Shown one piece after another: positions 24,151-37,770 of a stretch of DNA of 64,000 nucleotides. A program made the position numbers and the translations under genes. The notes under the pieces are model-generated. The model saw only the letters and a program-made list of their open reading frames with translations. It was not told the DNA's origin and searched no databases. The stretch comes from Lama guanicoe (Eukaryota), in assembly GCA_013239625.1 (NCBI GenBank), contig MU054187.1, positions 15,162,974 to 15,226,973 of the forward strand, read 5' to 3'. The stretch's first letter is position 1; every line of letters starts with the position of its first letter.

Positions 24151-26080
24151 TGGAAAATGGCTTCATGCTAAGATAGTTTTGGAAAATATAGAGTCAAATA
24201 CAGCTTTTGTCTGTTTGGCTGGTTTTTCCTTTGTAAAGCCTTATAAATACTACATTGTAAATCTTGCCTATTTTCTAACCTAACCTTATTAACTAAATTT
24301 TTTTTCAAGGTGATTCTCATGTGAACACATTCTTAGAACATATTTTGAGAGATGCCTCATCCTAAATGAAAGTCATATGAAATAGGTCAACCTTAAATTG
24401 GGTTCAGAAGGTCAATGGGTTTAAGACCTCCTAAATCTTATATTCTGGGAGAAAAGATAGAAGGAACACAGTTATTAATCAGAAATTGTATTTTCTTAAT
24501 GTTAATAAAAGCTTATGAATTCCTAAGAGATATAGTCGAATCTCCTTTACTTTCTTCATTCAATGACTTGGACTTCTACCATGCTCTTAAGCTGGATTCT
24601 AAGGATTGAAACTGAGACACTACTTTGAGTTAATTAATTATAATAAGAATTTATTGAGGATCTATTAGGATGAGTCTATGGTTGGAAAGTTTCCTTGGCA
24701 GAGCACCACCAGGGTGGGGGGGATTATAAAATTTTCTTTCTTCTTTTTCCAATAAGAAAGGGTGGTTACTGTATTGATATGAACTTGGGTGGTCCTTAAT
24801 ACATTCTTATGAGTCAGAAATTATATCTGCCAATTGTTAATTCCTTGGAAAATTAACAATAACATATGTGTGTCACTAGCATCCTTTCATGGGTTTTAAT
24901 TTGTTTACAAAGAGTAAAATAAATTATAAAACATTTAGCATAAGTTCATAAGTTGAATAAGGTATATAGATCTTTTCAGTAAATCCCGCTCTATATTAAA
25001 TGGTTAAAAAGAACAGGTTACTGCTAAAGGGCTGCTATGGTTTAATGCTAGTGTGGTTTTCCACTGTCTTTGTTTTCCCCCTCAAAGTTTCTACAATTGC
25101 ATGTACTTGGATTTTAGGATGTGAAGAGTGGAATGGTTTTCTAGAATAATTTGTCAGCAATAAAAACCTCCTTCTTGGAGACCTTTTCTATTATTTTTAT
25201 TGTTACAAAACACATCTTCCACAGAGATGAAGGAATAGATTAGAATGAAAAAAGGGACAAACATTTTTGAAAGAGAATATATTCAAATAAAAATATATTC
25301 TTACGCTATTTCCACTACTATTAGTGATATAATTAATATGAAACATGGATAAGACTTGTGGGCATGAAAAATCTGATGACCAGCAGGTAAAAGGCTGCCA
25401 GCTACTTAAAAGAGGGTCCTAGAACAAATTACAAAGTACTTTTGACTTTTAGGGGCCATGAAATAACTAAAGGAAGATATAGATAAATTTGACAACAGAA
25501 TCTTAGGAAATTTTGTTGAGTTCATACATGGAAGAGGAGCAAGATATCTTTTGCCTAATTGCAATAGGATATCCAAACTTAGGCTCATATAAGAAAGAGG
25601 TAGACTTCTTCGCCTAACCACTATGACCTTACCATGAACTCAAAGATGTTTGTCCTGATCCCATTCTATTTGTGACTTTTGAGCTGTCTACATTTTGGAC
25701 ATTCAAATGGATGTCTTGGTTAATTTGTTCCTCTCCCATGCACAGACAGATTTCTTTAAAAATTTACAGAAAAGAAAACTTATACTTATCTTTGCTCAGT
25801 CTATTACTTCACAAATGGAGGGTATAACTGGACCCAAGCAAGGATATTTCCTATCAGAAACAAATAGAACCCCATAAAAATAATTTGCAAAAAAAGCAAC
25901 ATGTTGGTCTGAGTAGACAATTTTTGCACTTGCCAGTAAAACTAGTGGGAAGGGTTGTAAGTCACTTAAATTCTCTGGGCCCTATCTTGAAATGATGCCC
26001 TACACTTCTTCCATGAAGGGGTTCAAATTAAAAATGTATGCAAAACTGGCTTATCAACTGTAAAGAGTTTTTAAATGTGG

Positions 26081-26518
26081 TGTCTTAGGTAGGGTCCCTC
26101 TAGAAGCAGACTCATCTGAGAAAAGGAATTTAATGCAAATAGTTTTTCTAGAAGATTCCAGAATGTTCCGGTGGGAGAGTGAGGAAATAAGACCAAGACA
26201 GGGTGTATTAATAAGCAGATTACTGCCATGGACAACTGAGCCTCACTTTCACTGGGAACCTCTGGAAGACAGTATACAGCAAACATCCTAAACATTGAGG
26301 AAGGTGGTTGTCTCTTTTCCCACCTGCCATGGGCTGAGGCTCCACCTAGAGGTATCAGTGTTCCAACACTTCTGACCTGCCCTGCAATGTTAGCTTTACA
26401 TACCAGAGAAGTCCCTCACACAGAAAGAAATGAGTGTTTAAAATAGAAAGTCCTGAGGGTGCACTAGAATCGTAGGAACTGGGGGGATGTGGGAAAGCTA
26501 TCCCCAGTAGTTGCTACA
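26081..26518 (-). mobile_element. ERVL solo LTR, LTR33-like
   Basis: tgtcttaggtagggtccctctagaagcagac...aaggaatttaatgcaaatagttt...tactgccatggacaactgagc...gttgctaca; TG...CA ends. Confidence 0.8.
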
Positions 26519-27649
26519 ATTGCTAATTGCCATGAGGCAGAATTTGGCTTAAAAGCAAGTTTTAAAACCAGTCCTGAACTGTCTTTATAGCTGGACACTA
26601 TATAGAATGCCATGGTAAAGAATTAATCCATATCTTAGGTTAATTTAGCTCATTATTTTGTAATGGGCAAATAATTGTCCCTCCTGGTCCCTGACTTTAT
26701 CCCTTGAGAAGTTCTTTATTGCCTATTCTTGCTCCTTGGCAGTGTCTGAAGTAGGGGTGGGGGGAGGATGCTGCTTTCATGTCTGTCTGTCTCTCACAGC
26801 TCTCATTCTGCTACAGCAGACTGGAGGTCCGGGTGTGGCTTTTAGCATTTCAATTTCCACCAGAACCAAACCAACTTCAGACTTTTGCTTCTGGTTCATA
26901 TCATTTTCAGGGAAGCACAGTCAATTATGGTTTGTACATATCAGTTTTAAGCCTGAAATCACCGATCTTTTATTTATTGGCCTCTGTGCTCAGCCTAGCC
27001 CTCCTCTTTTTCCACTTAATAGTGGCTACTTCGAGGTCATCACAAAAAAATAGGCTTGGATGTGAAGGCAACATTTTAAATCTCATTTTGATCTCTAGGT
27101 TGGTTCCTCTCATGTGATGGAGAACCCTTAGAGGAGGTGCTGGAGGGAGACTTCCCATGCTGGCTCCTTCTCAGGCTGCTTCTTTAGTGGCCCTTCTTAT
27201 ATCTCCTTACATTTGTGTGTAGAAATAGTTATATATTTTTTTAAATTTTGTGAGGTTTCAAATTACTGAACTCTTGGTCAACTTCAGTTGCTTATTTAGG
27301 CCACAGCAGAATGAGTCTCTCTTTGCAGTTCTGCGTTCCCTGAAATATCTGCCTACAGACAGGCCAGACCTAGGCCACGTTTATCTCTCTTGTAAGACTT
27401 TGCTGAAAGTGGCAAGAAGTAGCCAATACACAACAACATTTGAAACTTTCCAATGATTTTCCTTAAAACTGTAGAATCAGTTAACATGGTGAATACATCA
27501 TGGTATCATGAGGAATAAATTTGCCAAATGTTTTGCCATGGACAGTTGCATTCCAGCTTGCATTGCTTGTCACTTCTGCCCTCTGCCTGGCTGCTAATCC
27601 AGTGCTGAGTACCCACCTTAGTAGAACTATCTTACTTTTGGGACAAAAT

Positions 27650-28612
27650 TCACATTAGTTATTATATATGTTTGGCTCTTACAGCAGAAACCAACCATAA
27701 TGATAGCTGAATTAAGAGAAAATGCTATTGAACAGTCCAGAGATCACATGGCAGCTGGGCCATTTTGCTCTGCTTTGCCTAAGGGAGTTGCTCTCGTCAG
27801 CACAGGCCAAGATAATCTGCCCTAACTGTGCATTCTGGTCAGTGGGGAGGGAAGGGTACCCCAGAAGATGAGCACTTAATTTCTTACTTGTATCTCTTTA
27901 GCCAGACTTTGTCATCTGCCCACATCTAGCTGCAAGGAAGGCTGCAAAGAGTAGTCTTTGCTTTGTGTTTCACTTATCTATTGCTGTGTAACAAATGACT
28001 CCAAAACATAATGTGCTAAAATAAGAGCTATTTATTTGCTTATGTTTTTGCAAGTCGACTGGGCATTTTTTTGGCTCTATACGGTACTGACTCGGTCAAT
28101 GTTGCTGGTACTTTCAGTGGGCAGTTGGGCTAGTAGGTCTAAAAGCCCTCTTACCTATCTGGTTATTGGTGCTGTTAACCAGTGCCTTAGTTCTCATCTA
28201 TGAAACATCTCTCTCCACATAGCAGTTATCTTTTAGGGCCTCTCCATGAGGCCTCTCTCTCCTGAAGAATAGCTTTCTTATACCCTGGCAGCTGGATTCC
28301 AAGAAGGTGAAAGGGGTAGCTGCCAGGACCCTTAAGGACAAGGCCTAGAACTGCACAGTGTCCCATCTGCCATATATTTTGGTCAGAGCATGTCACAGGT
28401 GCAGCCCAGATTGAAGGGGAGGGAAGTAGCCTCCACCTTTAATGAGAGGAGTGACATGCATATACATGGATGGGAAGAATTGTTGGGGGCTCTCTTTGGA
28501 GAGTTATTTCCCATATTCTGAGTGGCAATAAGCCAGATAAAAATCAGGTCTTTATGATCATAAAAGAAAGAGAAAGAACAGACAATGGGAGCTATCCAGC
28601 AGCCTCTGCCAG
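27650..28612 (-). mobile_element. Older MaLR LTR (MLT1J/K-like) interrupted by a second MLT1 LTR
   Basis: cacatctagctgcaaggaaggctgcaaagagtagtcttt (to about 27960) resumes as attctgagtggc...aaaaatcagg...cagcagcctctgccaga (about 28515-28612). Confidence 0.65.
27964..28514 (-). mobile_element. Nested MaLR LTR (MLT1F/H-like)
   Basis: atctattgctgtgtaacaaatgactccaaaac...gcagcccagattgaaggggagggaa...ctccacctttaatgagaggagtg...gaagaattgttggggg. Confidence 0.75.
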
Positions 28613-29049
28613 AAGGTTCTTTCATTGAGTATTTGTCCCTAAAATATTCATGCATATTCAGAAATCATAAGTGATTTACAAATAGGTTCTATATTTTAAA
28701 TACATTTTTAATAGAGTTTAAAACTGATGAAACATCATTTTGCTTTCCAGTTTACCTAAAAGATATTGATGGCTACGCATTTTTGTAGGAATCAATTCTT
28801 GGAGAAGACATCACTGGCTATTATTTTTTAATTTAATAATTTCCATATTGAAATGTTTCTCCTAGTGTAACCCCACTTTCTCTGTTATAAAAATATTTTT
28901 AAAATTGTGTTGTTTTTATATTGATAGAATGTCTTTGGTATTCAAATCTCTACTTGGCTTTACTTTCAATGTTCAAAGACTTATAGGCACTTGAGATTGG
29001 GATGGAGTTAACATTTATCTAGCTATATTAACTATAGTAACAACAACAG

Positions 29050-29280
29050 TTATAATTAACATTTATTAAGAGCTCATGCTATCCTATGGTCATGTTATTT
29101 AATTCCCACCCAAATTCTTGTGGGTTCATTATCAATGTGATCTTTACATTATAGCTGAAGGAAGGGAGATTCTGAAAGATTGAGCAACTTGCCCAAGATT
29201 ACACAGCTAATGAGCAGCCAAGATGGGAACTGAACTTGGACTCACTGACCACAAAGCTGATGTCCTTAACTCCATGCACG
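29050..29280 (-). mobile_element. MIR SINE
   Basis: gagcaacttgcccaagattacacagctaatgagcagccaagatgggaactgaac. Confidence 0.75.
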
Positions 29281-29769
29281 GAAACCCTTTCTATAGTCTG
29301 ACCCATTTGCTGAGGTGTTGTTCAACCTGTGTATTAACACTTTCTGTGATGGGGAATTCTTTTCTTCCTCAGGGTAATAAATTCCATTTCTTGATTTACA
29401 TGATAATAGAAAAATCAACTTTAAAAACCACTTCATCTCCCTACAATCATACACTGGTTTTAGCCAAACTATTCCGGATCATAAAGAAAACTTTGAACAT
29501 GTGATGACAGGTATCACTCTGTGATCTAACACTTTCTCAGCATCGCCACTCCAATGCTGTCTGCAGATTATTACATGATAGTTATTAACTTTTATAATCA
29601 TTCTTCTTTGAACACATAGCATTTGTCAGTGGTGCTTTGGTAAATTATGGAGCTCAAAGTTGATGAAACCCATCAGGGATGGGCTGGCTAGTGAAGATTA
29701 CAGCACATGAGCACTTTCTGCCTAATAGGTAACACTCTGCCTAGTAGATAATAAGACATAACAGAAAGA

Positions 29770-30005
29770 AGCAAAGCTTTGAGGTCAAATAGATCTGAAA
29801 TGGATTCAGTGTTTTGCTGTTTCCACTATTTCATTGCTCTGTGCTTTTGCAGAAAACACTCATCTCTACTATTTTTTTTCCATTAGGGAAGTAGGGGCAA
29901 GTAATACCATCTTAGAAGTTACTGTAAAGACTAAATGGAGTAGTGTATCTAAGGGATGTCTGGCATAGCGTTCTTATTCTAGGAAAGACGGCTTATCATT
30001 ACCAT
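29770..30005 (+). mobile_element. MIR SINE
   Basis: gctttgaggtcaaatagatctg...gttactgtaaagactaaatggag. Confidence 0.6.
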
Positions 30006-30319
30006 TTCATGCATGTTTCTCTAGGTATAAGGCATATATAAAGAAGTCAAGAATGTGCCCTACTACTTTAGGATAATGCTACTCGGAGAGTTTGTAGTGA
30101 AGCTAGAAAATACTACAGTTCGTGTATGTCAAACCTCTGGTGTCAGGCCAGTCTAATTTCTGCACAATATTTGGGAAGACTATCACCCTGAATTTGGCTC
30201 ACTAGGAATCTTATTTCTAAACAATAATGGAAAGAACGGGGTGGTTTTCTTATTTTTCTTGGAAGGCTTGCTAAACGAGCCTTTTTGCATTCAGCATCCA
30301 ATGGATTCTAAGATTCTGT

Positions 30320-31110
30320 GCCACTTAAACTTTTATGGGTATTTTATGGACCAGCAATTAAATTTTGATCAGTCTGTGTTCTTTACAGTCTGTTCTCATT
30401 CATTATTTTAATTATGCCTTATTGTGCTCTAATGTGTTCATTTTAAAAAGAATTATGGGTTTGTTCTTGTTTCACTTTTAAAGTTATCTGTCAACCTCAA
30501 ATATTGTCTAATAAACTGTCAAGTAAGACAACATTTGCCATTTCCCGTATTTCTGGAGAAGATGTGATTTAGCAATAGTATTAAGTTAAAGTCAGAAACA
30601 TATGCAGAATGTGACAGCTGCTTAATGTCTTCCTTTCATTTGCAATATTTTTCTGGAGATAATAGGGAAGACCAGCCAGAAGGAACTTAGTCTAATTTAA
30701 GTGATATCTCAGTGGCTCATTTATGGTGTTTACCTATCCTTCTTTGCCAGGGAAATTCCACATACAGAAATTTGAATTAAATGGGAGAACTTAAGCACCC
30801 ATTACATTTGCTTTTCAGGGAGAATAACAGCACCATAAAAAAGGTTCTGACATAACACCTTCTGTGTGGATGTGGCCGTAATACAGACGAACTCTTCTGA
30901 ACATGCCGTGTTTATTATTTGGTACATTCTTCAAATACGTCACGGAATTTAATTTGTAAGGTGATGTGAATTTCAATTTCCCTCCAATTTTGATATTTCT
31001 TGTTCTAATGGACCAATGTTTCAATTTCTGGTTTGTCAGTTCTTGCCTTTAAAGTTACCTCCTCTTTCATTAATTCTTTATTTTGAGTAAGTGAACTGTC
31101 AAGATCTTGA
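30320..31110. promoter_or_regulatory. Candidate developmental enhancer (HOX/CDX plus MEIS motif cluster)
   Basis: Four TTTATGG/CCATAAA and four TGACAG/CTGTCA sites in about 800 bp of repeat-free DNA. Confidence 0.4.
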
Positions 31111-33634
31111 CATAAAAACAAAAACGGATTCCGAATTCTAGTATCATGTCTGCCACCTCATTTTATAATCATATTGTGGATTTTTTTTTCTCTTTTCCAA
31201 CTTTAGCTGGGATTCGTATTGTCCTGGCCACTCCTCCTGGCTTCCATATTTTTGCGGGAAAGCAATAAACACCACGTCTCCAGATTAGGAAATGTGTTCC
31301 TCATGGAGGTAGATGACTTTCCTGTGATAAAAATACCCAGATCGTTTTCAAAGTTTCTTCCTGGTCGCAGTGGAGGAAGGTGGGAGTGCAAAATCATCAC
31401 CCTGGCATCTAGGAGAACTGAGGGCTACTTACTGCTCTCCTCTCCTGCAAACTTGGGTGATGGTCACCTAACTGTTTTGTCTTGGGTTCACCATTAATAA
31501 AATGAGAGACTGACCCCACACACTTTTCTCATCCTGTTGATTTAGAATGAGTAGTGGTGACAGGGAATATACTAGACCAAGCTGGCCATCTTTTCATACC
31601 CCTCTTGATTCAGGTGCTTTGCCTAAACAGCAAGCATTGGAATTCTGATGCTGTGTTTTCCTGGCCTAATGGCTGCTGGTCTCTCTCCTGTTCCTCTTAA
31701 CTTCCTCAGGCCCCTTAAATGTACTGGATCCACCCAGGGCTCCCACATTTGAATTTACTTATCTGGTCAACACTTTTGAAACTACGCTAAAGGTACCCTA
31801 AAGTTCGGAAGGTTATAAAATGTCCTTTTTGTGTTGTCTCTGATAGCGCACACTGGCCAAAGTGCATGTTTAGGTCATATGCCTGCCTTTGTGTTCTAGC
31901 TTACCAGGAATGCTAGTGCAAACTGGGTGGGGAGGTGGAGGAGGAATGGGGGAGCAGCAAATAGTATTCCTTCTTAGCATGGGAAACTCTGGGGCTGTTT
32001 ACAGGGGAGGGGAAAAGGCAGACAGATACTAATTCTATCTGTAGGTTTAATCTTGATAATCATAACCAATAACCAAAACTAGGACCATGATTTGCTTCAA
32101 AAATTAAACTCTAAGCCTACGTTTGCAATGTCAGTTCAACACACCTTTGAAGAGAGCACACACTCTCCTGGGCGTCTGGAGCTCGTTCAGTAGTGTTAAA
32201 ACGAAATAGATTCAATCATATAATTGCCAATTATTTTACTTCCATGACTTTAAGATCTAAAGCATTAATTCTAAATCTCTGGTTATACAAATACGAGGCG
32301 GTTGGTTAGGGTCTCCCTCGAAGTCCATTTCCCCAGATTCTTAAAATCTCTCAATTCCAAGGCAGGTCTCCTCAAAAAGGTGTCATTTCAAGATTTCCAT
32401 CTAACAGTTTTTATTTAAACATCATTGGGGGTGGGGAGTCACACAAAGTAAGTGAGAGGAACTCCCTCCTCCCCCTGCCACGGCATAACCGGTAATTTGA
32501 TGACGGGAACAACACAGAACTGGATTGATTTACAAAAGCATCCCTGTGCCATCATGATTTGGACTCTGGACTTCAGAGTGTCCCCTGTCTTCATTTATGG
32601 ACCAAGGAAAGTGGACATTAGATGGCATGGCGTGGGTGAGCTACACTATGTGCAGTGGGACCTTCTGGGTTCCACGCAGAATACGTTTCATGTAAATGCA
32701 GAGATGCGTTGAGGAGCTGGGGCAAAAAGCTGCCCTCTGTTTATAGCACTAAGTGACAGTGTTCATGGCTGTCCAGTATATTTTAGGGGTATTTGGCACA
32801 ACTCATGTTTTTATTAGTTTTTGGAAGAAACTGGCTTTTACTTTGTTATCTTTCCAATGCCAAGTTTGAATTGAAAACGAACATTACATCAGCTTGTTAC
32901 TTGGTCCTTGGGAAAAAGTCCAGCCTGTATGGACAAATTCAACCAGGATGCCAAGGGAAGAGACAGATGATGTCTGTTAAAAAGTGTGGTATGAAGTTTT
33001 ACACATTTGTTTGGGATAGTGTTGTGCCCACCCTGACCTTGGACAAACACTCACATACATATTCCAAAATTTTAAGTTAAAATCTACTGAGTATACAACA
33101 AAAATAAAGATTTGTGTAAGCATACTCTTGTACTGAACGTTTGGCAGGAATTTAATTATTCTGTGACAATCAGCCAATTCGCCATCATTATACTGATTGA
33201 GGAAGTCTCATGGGGAAAGCATTGAAGCAGCGTCTAAAAAGTGGATTAGCAAGGATCCTTTATTACACTTATTTCCAGGATTGCACATTAACTAACTGTA
33301 TTACATATTTCTTTCAGTTAAATATAAAGAATTCATGGCTTAATAGGCCTAGAGATCAAAAACATTGTCCAATAGGCCTAGAGATCAAAAACACTATCTT
33401 TGCAGCCTAAGGTAACCCAAGACACTAGGTTCAGATATCCTGTACATGATGACCATGAATTTGTTCTGCCACATGTGGGGGATTTTGCAATTTTTGTTTG
33501 GAAACAACTATCACAACAAAAGACCAACTAATGTGTTAGATTTTTGAATATTAAAAATATTTACTTGCTTTTTTTTTTCCAGTTTAACCATGTTTACTAA
33601 CTTGGTTAACTACTGAAATCAAGAATTTTTAAAA

Positions 33635-34265
33635 CTTTATTCACAATAGCCAAGATATGGAAACAACTGAAGTGTCTATAAACGGATAAATGGAAAAAGA
33701 AGATGTTATAGACACATATATATAAAATATTCTTCAGCCACAGGAAGAAGAAAGCCCTGCCATGTACAACAACGTGGAGGGAACGGACGGGCGTTATGCT
33801 AAGTGAAATAAGCCAGAGAGAAGAAGACAAATATTGCACGGTATCACTTACACATGAAACCTAAAAAAAAAAGGCAAACTCATGGAAACAGAGAAGAAAA
33901 GTGGTTGCTAAGGGATGGGGTCCAGGGAAATAGGACGTCATTGGTAAGAGGATACAGACTTTCAGCTATAAGATGAATAGGGTCTGAGGATCTAATATAA
34001 AACATGATGGCTATTGTTGGTTAGCACTGTATTATACAATTGAAATTTGCTAAAGAGGAGAACTTAAGTGTTCTCATCAAAAAAAAAAATCAATAAATAA
34101 AAGATGTGAGAGGATGTGTTAATTAGCTAGATGACAGGTGTCTTTCCACAATGTGTACATATATCAAATCACCACAGTGGACACTTTAAACACGTGACCA
34201 CTTTATTGGTAAGTTATTCCTCAATAAAGCTGAAAAAGAATAAAACATCTAAAAAAGAAAAAAAA
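33635..34265 (+). mobile_element. 5'-truncated L1 3' UTR (L1MA/MB-like) with A-rich tail
   Basis: tttattcacaatagccaagatatggaaacaac...tatgctaagtgaaataagccag...tttcagctataagatgaataggg...cctcaataaagctgaaaaa. Confidence 0.9.
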
Positions 34266-34979
34266 TCCTTTAAACGGGGAGAAAACTCCTAAAAACAAAA
34301 TAATAAATTAGCAAGCTCTGGGGTGTGTTCGGATTATGTTAATGTTATGATCCTTGGGTGTGGTGACGCTTGCTGGCGGCTCTCCACGCTTCTATCAAGG
34401 ACCACGCTCTATATTTCTCTGATGTTCGGCTTATGGCATTTCGCCTCTGCGGCACAGGAGTCCACTGTGATGGCAGGAGGAGATTTCTCACAAGCCGTGC
34501 GTCTGTCCAGTGCCAGCCCCACGGCGCGGAGCCCTCTCCTATGCTTTGTCATGTCTGCATGCTCTCCACTTGTGTTCTGAGGCAGAGGCTTAGGCAACAG
34601 AAGCTTGTTTGTGAGGGGCTCTCCTTGGAGTGAGCTTTGTTGTAAAACCCACAGGAGGAAAACAGTACTTTTGACATTTGCTCAAGTTACTTCTTTATTT
34701 GCATCATAGCAAAGCCAGGTATCAGCTCAAGGTTTGAAAGAGGCTGATGCGACGGTTTGGTCAGCTACCCCCTGTCCCCAGGTAGTGTCTACCATTACAA
34801 GACCCTCTAAAGTTACTGAGGCCAGGTTGAGACAAACGGACTGGGTCTCCTTTCCTGGGCTCAGCCTATGTGGATATAACTTCAGAAATCTGAGATTGTC
34901 AAAAAGAGTTTGTTGTAGGGTTTTTTTTTTCTTTCTTTCTTTTTCTTTTGAAAGAAATTCCAGACCAGATGGCTAGCCA

Positions 34980-35310
34980 CACATTTATTCACTCATTCAA
35001 CAGCTATTTATTTAGCATCTATGTGGGCCAGGTCTGTGCTAGACAATTGATAGACAATGGTGTGTGGTCCTCCCTGTCTTCAGAAACCTCATGGTCTAGT
35101 GGGGAACATGGACCAGTTCACACAGTTACCATACAGTTTGCTAAAGAGTTAAGTGCAGGATGCCAGGGGTGTTTAATTGGGGTGCTTGGCTGATTTGGAG
35201 AAACTGGGGAGGTTACTTAGAAGAAAGAGTTCACCTGAGACAAACAGTAATAACTAACAAGTGGAAGAGGTGTAGTAGAAGGAGAAAAAAAATAGCATAT
35301 TCAAGTGAGA
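34980..35310 (-). mobile_element. L2 LINE 3' end
   Basis: attcactcattcaacagctatttatttagcatctatgtgggccaggtctgtgctaga. Confidence 0.75.
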
Positions 35311-35864
35311 GTTTAGTTTACTAAAACCTAGAGATGATAGCTAAGATTTAAAATCTTCTGTGCTGTCCTGGCTTAGTTCCAATAACAAACACATACTTTC
35401 TTCTCAGTTTTCCTTGCCGCTTTGGTCAGAATTAACCCTTATTGTATACTTATATAGTGTTGCCTTTGGTTGTTATAAATAGTCACTGAAGGTAGAAGGA
35501 TTTCATTAGGAGCAAACATAGCTCTAATCTGTAGAGTCGGTAAAGCATTCAAGGGATTATTTGGATTAAAGACCTCTAAGTATTAAAGAGAAAAATATTA
35601 TCATTACTTTAATAATACTTTCCCAAGTTGCAAACGAATAACTGGCTCCAACAATCACATCTCTATAATTGTTCACACATTTCAGGCACGCATTTAACAA
35701 CGCCACAAAGAAACTTCAACAGCTAAGCTCCTTTGATTTGATTGCTAGACAGACTCCAAGTTTTTGTTTTAACACCAAAAATCAAATCATAAGAGCAAAA
35801 GTTAGACAGAAAGGCTGAACTTGAACAAAAGTTCAGTGATTTTTATAAAAAATGCTATTACTGA

Positions 35865-36042
35865 ATCTCATCACATTTAAGACACTACTGTTGTAACGTG
35901 CACTGTTATGCAACATTAAAAATGAAATATATAAAAACATTACCATTTAAACTACGAAGGGCTATCAGTTGTAAGACACCCTCAATTTCAGAGCTGTTAA
36001 AAATGTGAAATAATGTGTATCTTAGAACGGGTGAATTATGGT
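35865..36042. mobile_element. MER104-like Tc2/mariner MITE
   Basis: taagacactactgttgtaacgtgcac...tcagttgtaagacaccctcaatttcagagctgttaaaaatgtgaaa...tcttagaa. Confidence 0.7.
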
Positions 36043-36999
36043 TAACAATGATAAATATTTCTATGGTGAGTTTGATGGTTAGTTTATCTATTTAATTTTT
36101 AAAAACATCAAGAAGGAAAATAGAAAATTAGGTCCTATGCTATGTGTTTCACATCCGAAGTGTCGGAAGGAACATGATAGAGAGTAGAACATCAGATCTC
36201 GAAGTGTACATCCCAGTTTTTTGAGCACATAAAAGGAAGATTATCTCAGGGAAATTTGCTAGACACTGAGTCTGTGGAGAACGGGATGGGTAGGGAAACA
36301 CCATACATATGTCTTCAGTTTCTTCTTAGCTCTGCCAAGTAGGATCACACAGTCTCATTAAATTAGAGGGCATTCTCCTTGAGCTTGAGCACTCCGACAG
36401 ACTTCTGTGCTCCACAGTCATAAATATGTGAATATAAAACTAACAGTTAAGGAAAAGTGACTGTTAAGAAAACTAATAATTCGTGAGAAATTTGGGGAAA
36501 ATGGCGTGAGAATAACCAAAAGATGGGAAGTACGGATAATAAACTTCTATTTTTCTGTTACTAGCCTCTAGAGCAACAGACATAAAGAGGTTAAGGAGTG
36601 ATCGTGTGAGCCTAATGCACGTCCTTGCCTCCTGAAGCTCCTGCTAGACCTCGTTTTAATACCACCGCAAGAATCCAGGCGGTAAAGAGCTCCTGGAAGA
36701 AGAGGTTGCAGTACCAAGTGGGATAAAACAAGGCTATGACTTACTCCCAAACCACTGTTATCTTTCACTTTTCCCTAATAATCTGATACTACTTTTAGAA
36801 GATTCAGACACATGCCCTCCTACCATTGTAGCAAAAAGACAGTCTTCTATTCACAGTAGTAGTAGTATGAATCAGGTGCTCTTAGGAGACACGAGACAAA
36901 ATGTAAACACTCCTAAGAGGGAAAGAGAACTGTACTGTTCACAAGAGAAAGACAAGCCCACAGGAACACGCACACAGAGAATGAGAAACCAGCTCTCGG

Positions 37000-37770
37000 A
37001 TGAAGAAGTAGGAACGTCCAGCAGACACACGAAAACATGCTTGTTAGCACTAGGGATCATCAAAGTGTCCTGCATACCTCTGAGCAACAGGGCTCCCCTT
37101 CTGCCTGTATGGTGAGCAAAAAGTTAAAATGGCTGATAATATTCAGTATGAGTCAGGATGTGGGTAGGAGTAGACAGACACTGGTACTGCCTTTTTGGAG
37201 GACACCTTAATATTTAATACGAGAATTCACGCTGATCAGCAAATCAACTTCTAGAAACCTACCTGCAGATACATTCATACAACTTTACATGGATATCTGT
37301 ACAAGGACAATCACTGAAGCAGTTTTATGAAAGCTAAAAATGAGAGGCTTGCGATACACGTTTGCTTATTTAAATAGAATTTTTATCGGAGTAGAACATT
37401 AAAAAAGAGCACACATCATGACTGTCCTGCCCGACAAATGTCACAAAATTAAAGTACCTGTTTAACTATTCTGTAGACTAAGAAATAGTAAAGTGTCAGG
37501 AACTTAAAGACCCCCATGTCCCCAGTCCCTGTCAACCCCTGGCTTCTAATGCTGTAAATCTGTTCTGTCTGTTTCTGAACATACACATGGAATAAGGTAG
37601 TATGTTCTCTTTTGTGCTTAGATTATTTTACTCAGCATTCTGTTTGTGAGAATCATCTGCGGTGTTGTGCGTAGCAGTAAGTTGCTGATTTTCACTGCTG
37701 TGCAGTATCCCACGGAATCAATATATTATAATTTATTTATATGCATTATTGCTGATAAACACTTAGGTTT
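37000..37770. mobile_element. Old L1 fragments (plus strand about 37000-37350, minus strand about 37400-37770)
   Basis: ctttttggaggaca...cagcaaatcaacttctag (plus); tatgttctcttttgtgc...ttttactcagcattctgtttgtgagaatcatc (minus 3' UTR). Confidence 0.65.
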
